From the NCBI RefSeq assembly GCF_009914755.1, contig NC_060938.1: a stretch of 64,000 nucleotides of DNA; one strand, written 5' to 3'. The DNA comes from the human T2T-CHM13v2.0 reference genome, Homo sapiens. The notes under the pieces were generated by a model, which searched no databases, had not been told where the DNA came from, and saw nothing but the letters and a program-made list of their open reading frames with translations. Shown here in pieces: positions 1 to 12,079 of this stretch. Made by a program: the position numbers and the translations under genes. The number at the start of each line of letters is the position of its first letter. Within the stretch, counting starts at the first letter, position 1.

Positions 1-593
1 TTCAATGGATTGACTCATAATTACAGGGGTTATCTTTTTAAGAGTAACTTATCATTTGTCTGGCTCCTGTTCTAGATATGTATGTGGAACCTGAAGGGGA
101 GAGGGTGGGAGGGCAAGAAGATAGAGACCTCATCTAACCCACATTAGACAAGGAGTGAGAATAGAATCAGCTCCCTGAATGGCAGACTTGTGTTACAACC
201 ACTCTTGTCAGTAAGGATTGAGGGAGCTGGGGGTGCGAGTTGATGTACATTCTCTTCTTTGAAAATAAGCCCTAGGTTGATCATTCTGGGTGTGAAATAT
301 CCACCTGACAATTTCCACTTAAGCTAGAAGATATAAGCCACATTATATGGCTTTATGTATATATATCAAACTTTCCAATTGAATTAGGACTTTTAGTTTA
401 ATACAGCAGATAATGAAATGCAAACTCCATCCTGAGTCAATATATTTCCTTTGGAAATCGCATTAGTTGGAGGTGGGGTGGGGGAAGAGGATTGGGGCAG
501 AAGAATTCCTGTACTGTTTAATGTAGAACTTGCAAAATTATAGTCAAAAGATACATGTTCTAATGAATAGCGTTATGATATTAAATTACCCTT

Positions 594-890
594 GGCTGGG
601 AGCAGTGGCTTATTCCCATGATCCAATCACTTTTGGAGGGTGAGGTGGGATTGCCAGAGGCCAGGAGTTTAAGACTAGCCTGTGCCACACAGTGAGACCC
701 CCCATTTCTACAAAAAAAAAATTTTGAAAACATTTTTCAGGCTTAGTGGCATGTACCTATAGTCCCAGACACTTGAGAGGCTGAGGCAGAAGGATTGCCT
801 AAGCCTGGAAAGTTGAGGCTACAGTGAGCCATGATCATACTGCTGCACTTCAGCTTGGGCGACAGAGCAAGACCCTGTCTCTTAAATAAA
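594..890 (+). mobile_element. Alu (diverged, AluJ-like)
   Basis: ggctgggagcagtggctt... two arms, A-rich linker, ends gcaagaccctgtctc plus a short A-rich tail. Confidence 0.92.
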
Positions 891-1079
891 TCATTGACTC
901 ATTCATTTATTCATTTATTCTCATAAGTCTTAATTTTTCCAGGATCAGGGGACTTGCTTTCTAGGTTAAGAAAATTCTGGTTTAAATTTTAATGTTATCA
1001 TTTATAATGGTTAAAATCTACAACTATCATGAATGGGAGGCAATAATACATGATGATAAAATTAACAACAACAATAATA

Positions 1080-1310
1080 ATAGCAACAAATAGGGAGAAC
1101 TTCCTATGTGCCAGGCCATATACATGTATTATCTGGTTTAATTCTTACCAAATCCTTTGAGGTAGGAACTATTATTAACCCCATTTTACAGGTGAGTAAA
1201 AAATCTCAAAAAGGCTAAATAACTCATCTCAAGATCACACACCAGTAAGCAAGAGGGCCAGGATTTCAACCCAGTAGCCTGACCCCAGAGCCCATGTTCT
1301 CCACCACTCT
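1080..1310 (-). mobile_element. MIR
   Basis: Core-like ...gaggtaggaactattattaaccccattttacag...aagatcacacaccagtaag...ggatttcaacccag. Confidence 0.8.
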
Positions 1311-1314
1311 GTAC

Positions 1315-1490
1315 CAAGAGCAGAGACTCTAAAGTCAGGCACACTTGACTTTGAATCTCGTCTCAGAGCTGGGAAACCTTGGACAAGTTATTTTACTTTC
1401 TAAGCCTCAATATCTTTATCTGTAAAATGAATATACAGTAATAAGACCCACTTCAAAGGACTATGTGAGGATGAAAGAAAACCCGTAGAA
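1315..1490 (+). mobile_element. MIR, head-to-head with the previous one
   Basis: agagcagagactctaaagtcagg...accttggacaagtta...aagcctcaatatctttatctgtaaaatg. Confidence 0.75.
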
Positions 1491-3659
1491 AAGCACAAAG
1501 TAAAACCCTATATTATTGCCCATTACCTTGCACATAAATACGCAGTGAAATCTAGAGAATTTTTAGGAATAAAGAATGAAGTCATGTGATAACAAATTAG
1601 ATGGCTAATATGAGTTATGAAAGTGTGTGTACATATAAATTATAATGTGTGTGTACATATAATTTTTATCTCTGCAGATTACTTTTTTAAGTTCTTGTAA
1701 CAACAGAATTGTAGCTAAAAATTAATTGTTAAGTGAGAATTTAAAAATTTAACATGGGATTAACCAAGTACATCACTCTCAGAATTTAGAAATTGGAGGT
1801 ACAGCTATGGTTGTAGTTAAGACATTATTTTACTTCCTTATTGCATTACAATTGATTGTGTAGAAAAATCTCAAATATAAAAATAAAAAGTAGTTCATGC
1901 ATAAAGCATGATGCCCTGAAGCATATTAGATCTGTTTATCTCTTTGTTTAAAATGAATGCTACCTGGTATAGTTTACATAACATGGCAGGGATCAGCTTG
2001 ATAAAGTGTTTATATCACCTGGGGAACACACTGGCTCATTTTCTCAACACCTTTCCACATGACTAGCTTGCCAGCAAGTATAATAGCAAACAAAGTTTTA
2101 ATAGGTCAAGAGCAGAGTAACTGCTCACATTAACAAGAGGGAGAGAGCGGCTTGACGTGCACCAAGGCTAATAACTGACATTTTCAGCATGCATTTTTGA
2201 ATGCTGCTTAATGGAGAGTTTAGAAGAAAAGGCTTTTATAAAAGCCTGACATAACTTCTAAGCTTTGGGTGGAAAGAAGAGGAAAAAATAGGGTGGCATT
2301 GCTATGCACCCACACTTGAAAATATGGGTGCAGTTTCAGGCAGGTCGCTCATAAACCATTTCTCCATCACTTGTCTGCCTTAGCAACTCACAATTAACTC
2401 CATTATTAAGCTTAAGGATTTATTGCATCTCTTCCACTTTTTTAAAGCTGTCCAATAGGGGAAGCGCCCTCATTTTTATTTGTTTGTTGTCTAAGTGAAG
2501 CTGCTACTTAGAGACTGTTTCTGTCATATCACACCAGTTTTACTGAAAGGTACAACAATACAGATAAACATGATCTGTTTTAGAACCTTTCTTTCACCTA
2601 CCAGGAGGGAAAAGGGGGTTGTACATCCTCTCTCTCCTTCCTTCCAGCTTTGTCTTCCTAGGGCAGTGTGATTATCTGTGACGTTAGTAGCATCTACACA
2701 GTTAGTTCATTGGCTCCCTTTTCCCCCTAGAAGCATGCACAATAATACATTTCAGTAAAGTTTTGGGAGTGTTGAAATGAAGATATGTTGCTAACCCTGG
2801 CTTTGGCAGCCCATAAATGACAAAGGTTTGTTCAACACTGAATTTATCCTTTCCGCATTACCAAGAGGGAGGCGAAATCGGCTACTGTATTTAAATGGAA
2901 GAATGAAAAAGACTTTCTTTTGTTGCAAAACCCGTGTCTTTTGCGGACATTCTAGAGTTGAAGCCTCTAATAATACAGGGCGTGGAGAAGCTATGTAGAA
3001 AAAAAGAATTGGAAGTTCGTGTGGAATGTTCCTTAGATACAAGCCACTGTGGCAAATAGGAAACTTTGTCAATATGTATCCAGGCTCCTGTGGGATACAG
3101 ATCAGTAACTGAATCATAGGTAAATAGATAGATTAGATATGGCAGTGGTGGGAAATACGTACTGAAAAACAAATCCACAAGAACAATTTTACAGGGCTTG
3201 TCTTCTATTTTCATAAGGAAACTAAGCCAAATCATCTGACAAGGGCGGAAATCAAATCATCTGTCAAGTTCCTCTACCTTTCATTTATCACACAGTTTAA
3301 TACCATAATGAAAAATAGCAAATGAAAAATGAAGTGAATGACCAACGAAAAATGCATTCTCTAAGGATACAGTGATGTGTTATTAGCCTAAATCCTCCAC
3401 CCCTGTACACATGTAACTGCTAGGGGAGGCCCTGTGGCCACACAACCCTTTTCATTCAAGTATGACAAATCCCGGGATGACATTAGCACCATGGTTGGGA
3501 GAGCCATCAGTACATAAAAGCTTCCCTCTCCTTTTATTCCTCTCAGCCTCCTACATTTCTTTATCCCTTCTTTACATCAAAATATGAGCTAGTAGGGGGT
3601 TTCTGTATGTAAGCAGAGGCCCAGAAATTCCATACACAGCAAAGAAATCAAGTGGTGGA

Positions 3660-3870
3660 GAGGGAGGATGGAGCTACCATTCACTGGGTGTTCACCACAT
3701 GCCAAAGATTTATCTTTAGAATATCCATGTAAGGGATTATGAATCCCATTTTCACAGCAGAGGAAACTGAAAATCAGAGCAATTAAAGTCATTCATCCAA
3801 ACTCTAGAAATGGTGGAGCCACAGTTTGGACCGAGGCCTAGCTGACACCAAACACCATGCCTTCCCCCAT
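3660..3870 (-). mobile_element. MIR
   Basis: cccattttcacagcagaggaaactgaaaatcagag core. Confidence 0.7.
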
Positions 3871-3999
3871 AGATCTGGCTGTTTCTCATGATCCAGGAAG
3901 ATAGAAACGTCTGACAAAATGGACACTGGGGCACGTGGATAGGAGTAAAATGAATAAATAGGAACTTTTTATTGGACAGCCTTAAATATAAAATCTAAA

Positions 4000-4215
4000 C
4001 AATAATGGCTAACATGTGCCAAGCATTTTCAAAGTATTATATTACTTTGAAACTATGTGTGCCAAGCATGAACTTATTCAATCCTCCCAATAATCCTAGG
4101 AGCGCAGATTATTGTTCACCCCATTTCCAGATGATGGACTTGAGGGCTCAGAGACGTCAATAAGTTAGCCCAAAGTTGCACAGCTAGGAAGCAGCCCTGA
4201 GCAGCTGATTCAGAG
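4000..4215 (-). mobile_element. MIR
   Basis: ccccatttccagatgatggacttgagggctcagagacgtcaataagttagcccaaagttgcacagct. Confidence 0.75.
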
Positions 4216-5460
4216 CCTCCCCTGGCTCCGTCTCACGTCTTTTCAGCCTAACCTCAAAGAAGGAAACAAGAACTTGCCTGGGACAAAAACGCTCCAATGG
4301 CACCCTCTTGGTTCATCATAAGAAAAGGCTATCTTTAAGAAAATCACTTCAGGAACAGCAATGAAATAGCTCCATTTAAATAATACACCCATTAAAATAA
4401 AATATTATGTGTCCTCTATCTTCCTGTCTAAACAGTGTAAGCTTGGGGGAGAGATAACATTTATTTTACACACTTGGTAAAGTCTAGCAGATTGTGGGTA
4501 CTCACATCAGTCTCCTACTCCTAAGCCAAGATGATTAATAAGGCAGAATATATTTATTTCTAAGGAGCAGAGGAGTTGATTCTGATTTAGACAGTATGTG
4601 CTGTTGAGCTGCAAAACAAAATTGACCTCAGCATAATTAAGTTGGACACTGGTGGAGTGAGGACTTGAACACAAATAGTTCTATTTCGACAAGTAGAATT
4701 CAAGAGCAGCTGGTTTCTTTTTCTTTTTTTTTTCAAAAGGAGAATGATGATTATTTAATATTTGTTGAGTGCCAACAGTGTACTCAGCGCTGTGCAAGAC
4801 CCAGGAACTGGATGTTGGAAACTGCCTGAAGGGAACTTTAGCAAATTAAAATCCATAGAATCAGCATGAAGGCAGCTGAGGAATACCTGATTAGAGGAAG
4901 AATCTCTTCGCCTGTCCCAGAACAACAACAACAAAAAAGGAAGTGATAGGCGAGAAATAAAAACCTGTATGGTTCAAATCGCAGGAATGCAGTCGGGTGG
5001 AAAAGTATGCTTTAAAAGAGAGAATTCCTGCCCAAGTGGAGCTAATAGAAGGGAACATAAACTTCAGCAGGCAAGATGGAGGGCAGGAGAAGGAAGAATA
5101 AATTCAAAGAACAAAGACATCAAGGCAAATTATCAGCCTTTCCTCTAGCCCTTCCAGAGAAAGAGGCCTGGAGGAAAGGCAGCCCCATAGGTCAGGGTGT
5201 CGGGAGAAGCTGGAGGGATCTGCAGAGCACAGCTAAATTATCGCTTTGCCTGCATGCGTGGCACACAGCACAGTGAGTCAATATCTGAACCGGGGGGTGG
5301 TGAGGGAAGGTATGCTTTTGGTGGTGAATGTGAAGTTGTGTCCTAGATGTGGGAACGTGGAAGAAAGCCACAGTAGAAATTACATTTTATTACCTCACCA
5401 GGGGCTGATGGCCCTTACTTGGCAAGTCATCGAGCAGCCACAAAAAAAAACACAAAAAAG

Positions 5461-5481
5461 CAGCAGCAGCAGCAGCAGCAG
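5461..5481 (+). repeat. (CAG)7 trinucleotide repeat preceded by an A-rich run
   Basis: Read directly. Confidence 0.95.
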
Positions 5482-5668
5482 CTGGCCACCACCAGCACCT
5501 CACCGTGTTCATGGCTGCAGCAGCTGCCCTAACGTAGGCAGGTTTCGCAGCAGCCACCCAGCCCTGGGACAGTGAGCCCAGAACAGACCTCTCAATGAGC
5601 AAGGCGGTGTCCTCGGAAGAAACCGCACAGTGATAGAATAATAGCAAATTGGAGAAGACTTAGGTGCT

Positions 5669-6025
5669 TTAGAATCCTTTGAAGAAGTCCCCAAAACCAT
5701 GGATAAAAGGGAGTACTGGTGGGTGTGATACATTTTGACTTTCAAAGGACTTTAGGTAAGAAAGAAAGAAAAATAATAATAATAATCCTTGCAAGAGGCT
5801 ATTAAGCCAAATTGGTAACCATGGGGCAAGTGTTAAAATTATGTTACATCTTAAAAACTAGTTAAGAGATGGAAGGCAATGAGTAGGAATAAAAGGCCAT
5901 TTCTTTCTGTAGAAAGAGGTTAATTGTGGGGAGCCCAGGGGAGAAAACCAATACAGGCTTTATTCAGAGCCTTAACGACCTGGAAGAGGAAGATGAAAAG
6001 CAAGATGGCAAAACTTATTGATGAA
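5669..6025 (+). mobile_element. CR1/L3-clade LINE reverse-transcriptase relic
   Basis: Broken-frame translation LESFEEVPKTMDK / LVGVIHFDFQRTLGK / PCKRLLSQIGNHGASVKIMLHLKN*LRDGRQ*VGIKGHFFL*KEVNCGEPRG ... NDLEE follows the CR1 RT pattern VDVIYLDFQKAFDKVPHxRLLxKLxxHG...WLxDRKQRVGING...SGVPQG...INDL. Confidence 0.8.
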
Positions 6026-6949
6026 AAAGAATTATTTAAAAGTATTTGAGTCATGGAAGAGTCAGAGAGTCTAGAAAACACAGACACATGGAGGTGGGGG
6101 GAGCAGGACGGGAAAATTAAAAATAACCCAGCAAGTAAAAATTCAGTCGAAGCAGGCAAAGGGCAATGCATCTCTGAAAGGCAGAGGAGCCCAGGTCATT
6201 CCAGGGCTCAGCATATGGGCACTGCTGTCCTGAGTGTGTGTGGGTCTTTGGTAGGATTGACTGAGACTAGGGTTTGGTCATGCAGAGGCTAGCTTTTCTG
6301 CCTCTACTAGACCTGAGCACCTCAGTATTTCATTTTCTCCATTTGCAAAGTAAGGACAAGAAAATTGGCTTCATTTGTAGGTTTACTGAGAGATTGGATC
6401 TATTACTGATTGAAAATAGATCGGAAAGCCCAAGTGAGATGGTGTTACCCCCATATATTTATTGATTGAATGAGTGGACAATTCTCCACAACACCCAAGT
6501 GGCTTTTGTATTCCACTCTTCTGCCTGCCTGCGGCACATAACTGAAGCTCTTTTCTATTCACAAAAATAACTGCTTTATTTCTACAGATGGCACCAAAGC
6601 ATACCCTGCGCGCGTAAGTCAGTCATTGTCCCCTGGAGAAAGGTGGTTGTTCATGAATAGGAGGTTAATCAGCTTCTTATAAATTTTAGCTATTTCAAAT
6701 TTAAAGGAAAAACCGTCCCACCCCGAAGGCTGATGAATAATATCACAGGATGCCAGGAGAGGCAGAAGTGAATTCATACTCTCTGCTACTTCCCGCCCCC
6801 ATTCTCCCATCCCTGGCCATCTGGAGAACAGAGCCTACCCTCTGAATAAATAACTCGGGAGGGCAAGAGTTTAGGTTGACTTCATGGCTGAATTGGATGA
6901 TGTCAGAGAGTAACAGCACAAGGAAAGTTTGGGGAGTTGATATTATGAG

Positions 6950-7150
6950 TAACATTTGCTAAGTTCTTTCCAGTGTGAGAAGTGCTTTCACATCCATTAT
7001 TGAGTTTGATTCCCACAAGGGCCAACCCTGTGTGGGAGTCCACATATCACCATTTTATAGATGAGAACACTGAAGCCCGCAAAGGTTTACCGCCTGCTAA
7101 TGAACAGCCAAGCCCAACTTCACCATGGCTGTTCTAATTACAAACCCAAT
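6950..7150 (-). mobile_element. MIR
   Basis: caaccctgtg...ccattttatagatgagaacactgaagccc. Confidence 0.7.
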
Positions 7151-10100
7151 CCTTTCTGCTTCACCAAATAAGAGGAGGAAGAAAATAAGCCTGCCCTTCC
7201 TCAGGACTTAAATATCCCCCATGCATGTAGGATGGTTGATATGTATCATGCTGGGATTTTTACAGACCACTCCCTTACCCTCCCACACACTGTGCACACA
7301 GCCCCACGCCCAGCCTGGAGAGCACTGAAGGTAAACCGAAGTGGCGACTTCAACACTCACACTTGTGTTAGCAAGAGCAAACCACCAGAGAGATGTGTTT
7401 ACACATTCAACATTACCCTTAGGGAGTCTGTGGAGATTGTGATTTCTATTTGCACTCATCTTATGTTAGTGATTTTCATATTACATTAGCAAATTTAATC
7501 TCTGCTCATGTGATAGGAAGTTACTAACACAATGCGACTTGATGTAACAACTTTCAGACTTTGGTGGCAAAGGCAAAACTTGTGAGCAGAACGCCAATTC
7601 CAATCTCTAATTAAAAAATAGATCAGAACACAGAGACATCCGCAGTTCCCATATTTTAGATCTAGAATAGAGCCAAAGTTGAGGGTAAAGAGTTTGTATC
7701 TGAGAAATTTGTGAATGGGGACAAATAGCTTGAGGAATCACTGCTAGGCTTGAGATCTTATCTTTCTTGTCCTGAGTTGATAAAGGGTCATTTGTGAACC
7801 ACATAGCTTCTTATCCACCAGACTCACTGGAACCTCAGCAAAGTGTGGGTGTTGAAATCACCAAAATAATGATCAAATCTCACTCTATTAAGCCGAGGCC
7901 GCATTCTTCTCCTACAAGCCCTTACCCTTTTGGCTGAAAAACGAATGGCTCAGTCTCATCAGGCGTGCCCCGCTCCTGACTGCTCTCTGCTGTCAGTGCC
8001 GACAAGGGGAGACACATCCAGACAGTGGGTCCCCGGAGAAAGGAAAAAGGAGTGCCCCAAGTGAAGGACTGGCCCCAGGACATTGTGCTATAGGCTGAGT
8101 GTCCCTAGGACATTCTGAGAACTAACTCTAGTGCTAACTTTTATTTATTCTAGGCTTCCATAATGCAGCCACAGAAATTGAGACTGCTTTAGAATCATGG
8201 TAATAAGCTAGAGAAATTTGAACATATCTTACAAACAAACCTTTATTTCCGTTATGTACATGAGAAGTATGTAATTTAGATTACCAGGTAGCCAGATATG
8301 CTGAGATCCAGAAATTCATACAAAGTGCCAAGGTTCTCAGATCATAACCCAGTCTTATGCCAAACACAGAACTTCTCGAATATTTGCTTTAAAAGTTCTG
8401 CTGGGAGCAAGCGCAGGTTTCCAACTCTCTCACCTTCATGACTGAAGCCCGTCTACTATTAGTATTTTTCTTTTTACCAGACGAGGATTTGTTGCTGTAA
8501 TACATACGTGCATGCACTGTATAATAAAACTTTCCTGATTATCTTATAACTGCACATTAAAAATTTACTAAGATAAAATTAATGTGATTTTAATAACATT
8601 GTTTTAATATACAGAATGTCAGGTGACAGGGAAAAAAATCTATTTTGAATTCAGCATGCAGTATGCCTCTTTCAGCACCTTCATAACAATAGCTGAACTG
8701 GCGGACGAGTGTTGTCTGTTAAGATTTCTGATACGCACGTCCCAGGGGAGATGGCTGAAGTTGGGGCCTTTTAAAATGCGACCGGACAATGCTTTTGAGA
8801 CTATAACATAGAGAACTTCCCTGGGTGACAGAGAGACCGGGCCAAATAAACGTAGATAGAATGTTGTTTCCTGTACGCTTTTCTGTAAGATTCAGCCAGA
8901 GTACATAACTTCAAAGAATCTTTTGATGGAGAAAAATGTTTTCATTCTCCTGTTTTATGATAGTGCTGCAGGATACTTACAGTTGATTTACTATAATGAC
9001 AGGACCTAGATATGGTCCCAAAGGAAAAGAAATCCTACTTTTCTTCTGCCACCTACCCATCACATTTATTATTCCCAGCTAGGGGGTGTGGACAGGCAAG
9101 TGTCAGGTTAAAGGGAAAGATGGTCAGAACATGGTGAGCAGCGATCATTAGATTCCTACCAGGGTCACTCGCACAAGGCCTGTGACTCAGGGCAGTAACG
9201 TTCCCATAGTCAGGTGCCTGCTCACTCCAAACCCCCAAGAAAGAGAGCAGACCTCCCAGTTCTGCACGGCTGCTTAGGGGATTTGAGGGGCCAGGGAGAA
9301 GTAACAGTCTGGCTTCTACCCCGTTGGGCAGAGACTCAGCTAAAGGAAGTGCCAGGACACTGTGCTGACCCACTTCGAGCCCTTCCTCTCCGTTTGTTCT
9401 CAGGCAGAAGAGATACAAAAGCATCACTATGGCATGGTGAAAAGTTGGAGAAGCATTCTGCAAATTGACATGCAAATAAGCACTCCAAGTACTCCACTTT
9501 GTTCTAAAAATTCCCATCACTGGGAGCTGTAAAAAAACACCAATCAGAAGAGGGGCAGTGATGGGAAGGACCTGGTGGTTTTGCAACCAGAGTCTCCCCC
9601 TTGGAGGGATTGCTTCTGTACCACGTTCTAGCCTCAGCTGGCACAAGTGAAGCAAAACACCCCCCACCAAATGACCAAGAAGCCAACAGATTTAGATGTA
9701 ACTGATCTGTATTCTATAATAACACACACGCATTCAAGTGGCATCTGCTATGAATGATATTAGCTGTCCACACAAGCAAATAAGATGCAAACAGGCTTCA
9801 TACCCTGGGTTCATGAAGAGAAGCCAACTATATCAAATGAGACAAAGGCAACTGTCTCCACAAAGCCAGTTCCTGCACCTTGAGCAAATGCACAACTTTT
9901 TTAGTGTTAAGGACATTCAAGTTTGAGACAAAAACAAATCCCTGCCTTAATCATGTAATCACTGTTTTTTAAATCACCACTGCCTCTGATAACCTAGATG
10001 TCAAGACCCCACCAACAGTTCCTATGGCACACTATGTACAATGCTAAATGAAGTCAGATATCACCAGGAAAGTGAAGTCTCTGACTTGTTAATGGGCTAC

Positions 10101-10569
10101 ACCAGGCTGCAGAATGTCTCTGTGGCTTAATTCATGATACACACTAGAACCTGAGAAACCCAGTTCATTCTTACAGTGGGCAGTGCAGGCCATGGGTAAA
10201 CAAGGTATAGCACATGGGACGGGAAGGAGAGGTGTTAAAGGAAATGCTCCGAAAGCTAGGCTCTTTACTGGGAAATTAGAGGATTCATTCTAATTACAAA
10301 ACTGCCATTTATAATGTGTCTCCCTCCTCTCATCAACAGGAGGCACTTTCTCTATGCTGTGTGGGGTCATTTTGCCATATTCATCTCTTACTCCTCCCAA
10401 TTATCCCAGAGTCAACCCTTCTGAAAATGATCATCCCTTCTTCTCTCTTACTGAAGGTGTTCTTTATCAGGAAAGCCAAGCCACACACTCAAAGTCCTGA
10501 GTTTTGTTCCATTTTATCATCTACTATCTGCCAACAGAGATTAGTTCAATTCTGTTATCAACTCAATTG

Positions 10570-10900
10570 ATTTACAAGGTCTCATATAGTAAGTCGAGAG
10601 CAAGTACAACCCCAAGGCTGGTTAATTCAATGGTCCAACGTGATTACAAAAAAACAGGTTCCTTCCATCGTGCTACTCTTGCCCCCTCAACATATGAGTC
10701 TCATCCTCAGCCTTATCCCTTAGTTAAGTTGGTAGCAATAACCATAGCCTCACAGCCATGTCCAGATGAAGACAAGGCATGTTTGCTTTTTTGAGGGAGG
10801 AGGGGGTCTCCTTTTAAGTTTAAGCAAAACTTCTCCCAGAAGCCCCATCTGGCAGACTTCCCTAACTTCTCATGGTAGAATTGCATCAGTGCCTATGCAG
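10570..10900 (-). mobile_element. MLT1 (old MaLR LTR) fragment
   Basis: ggttaattcaatggtccaacg...ggttccttccatc...cccagaagcccc...cagacttccc..tctcatggtagaattg resembles MLT1J/K. Confidence 0.55.
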
Positions 10901-10904
10901 TCAC

Positions 10905-11795
10905 CTTTGGAGGCATGCTTGATGCTTGACATCTCTCTTCCTCTGACATCCACATTCAGTCCACAAGCATGTGCTGTCAGCTGTTGCTTCGAGATACATC
11001 TTGAATCTGACCTCATCTCACTATTGTCACCACCACCATCTCACCCTGCACTGCGGCAGCAGCCTCCTTGATTGTGCTCCCACCCTCTGTCCTTTAGTCT
11101 CACACAAGAGCCAGATCATGCCTCAGCTCTACTGAAAACTCCCATGGGGCCTTTGTCATCATATTTAGAGTAAAATCCAAAGTTCTTCAGGGTCATACCT
11201 GTGATATGTCCATAGAACACATCTCAGCATCTCTCTGCTTTTATCGCCATCACTTTTCCTCCCAAACTCTGCTGTGTCAACATTGGCCTCCTTGCTATTC
11301 CTCAAACACATGATGTTCCTACCTCTGGACTCTTGTACAGGCTGTTTCTTCTTCCTGGAACACTATCTCACCGGATATCCAAAAGGGTCACGACATTCCT
11401 TCCTTCAAGTCTGTAATCAGATGCCCCCTTCTCAGTGAGGTCTTCTCTGGCCACGTTATTTAAAATTACAACTCTCACCTGCACATTGTGCACATGTACC
11501 CTAAACTTAAAGTATAATAATAATAAAATTTTTTAAAAAGACTAAAAAACAAAAATTACAACTCTCTCCCTCAGCATTTCATATTTAATCCTCTGTCTTA
11601 TTTGTCCCCACAGCATTTCATACCATCTAGCACACTAGATCTTTTTTCTAAATCTTCTAATGGAATGTAAGCTCTATTAGGGAGACATTTTTTTCTTTCT
11701 CCTCCCACCCGTCACTCTCCTACTGTAACTTCAAAACCTAGAACGGTGACAGGAACCAGTAGAACTTCATTAAATACTTGTTAACTGAATAAATT
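10905..11795 (+). mobile_element. L2 3' portion, interrupted by a short L1
   Basis: tttagagtaaaatccaaagttctt, cattggcctccttgctattcctcaaacac, gaatgtaagctc, and a 3' end taaatacttgttaactgaataaat. Confidence 0.8.
11477..11551 (+). mobile_element. Extremely 5'-truncated young L1PA 3' end with a perfect 15-bp TSD
   Basis: acctgcacattgtgcacatgtaccctaaacttaaagtataataa plus A-rich tail; TSD aaaattacaactctc at 11462-11476 and 11552-11566. Confidence 0.92.
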
Positions 11796-12079
11796 CTAAC
11801 ACCAGCTGTGGACAACTGGACCCCATGATGGCTTACACCAATTACGATCCATACTTGGGGGTGAACTTGCTTTCCCTGAAGAACGTAGCTGGGCACAGGA
11901 AGATGGATACTTGGGAGGAGATAAATGCCTGGGGGAAAATTGAGTCTTTCTTAGGAAAATAAGAAAGGAAGACTTTGGGTAAGAAGTCAACAGTACTAAC
12001 TATATTTTCTTTAATTTATTTCCCTTTTTAAAAGCAAGAGAGATAATTATCAAATTTATCCTGGAGTCATGAAAAATAC

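Noticed and set aside
1080-1490. Head-to-head MIR pair as a miRNA-like hairpin
   Set aside because: The copies look too diverged by eye to form a long continuous stem.
1623-1662. gtgtgtgtacatataa duplicated
   Set aside because: Low-complexity slippage duplication.
5246-5647. Poly-Ser or poly-Ala ORFs
   Set aside because: Produced by the (CAG)7 repeat; no other coding signal.
8505-8510. TACGTG (HRE-type) sites as NPAS3 autoregulation, also at 17807 and 63527
   Set aside because: A few hexamers in 64 kb are expected by chance and they do not cluster.
9053-9670. Longest ORF (205 aa, minus strand)
   Set aside because: Non-ATG start, no recognisable domain and no splice context; consistent with a chance ORF.
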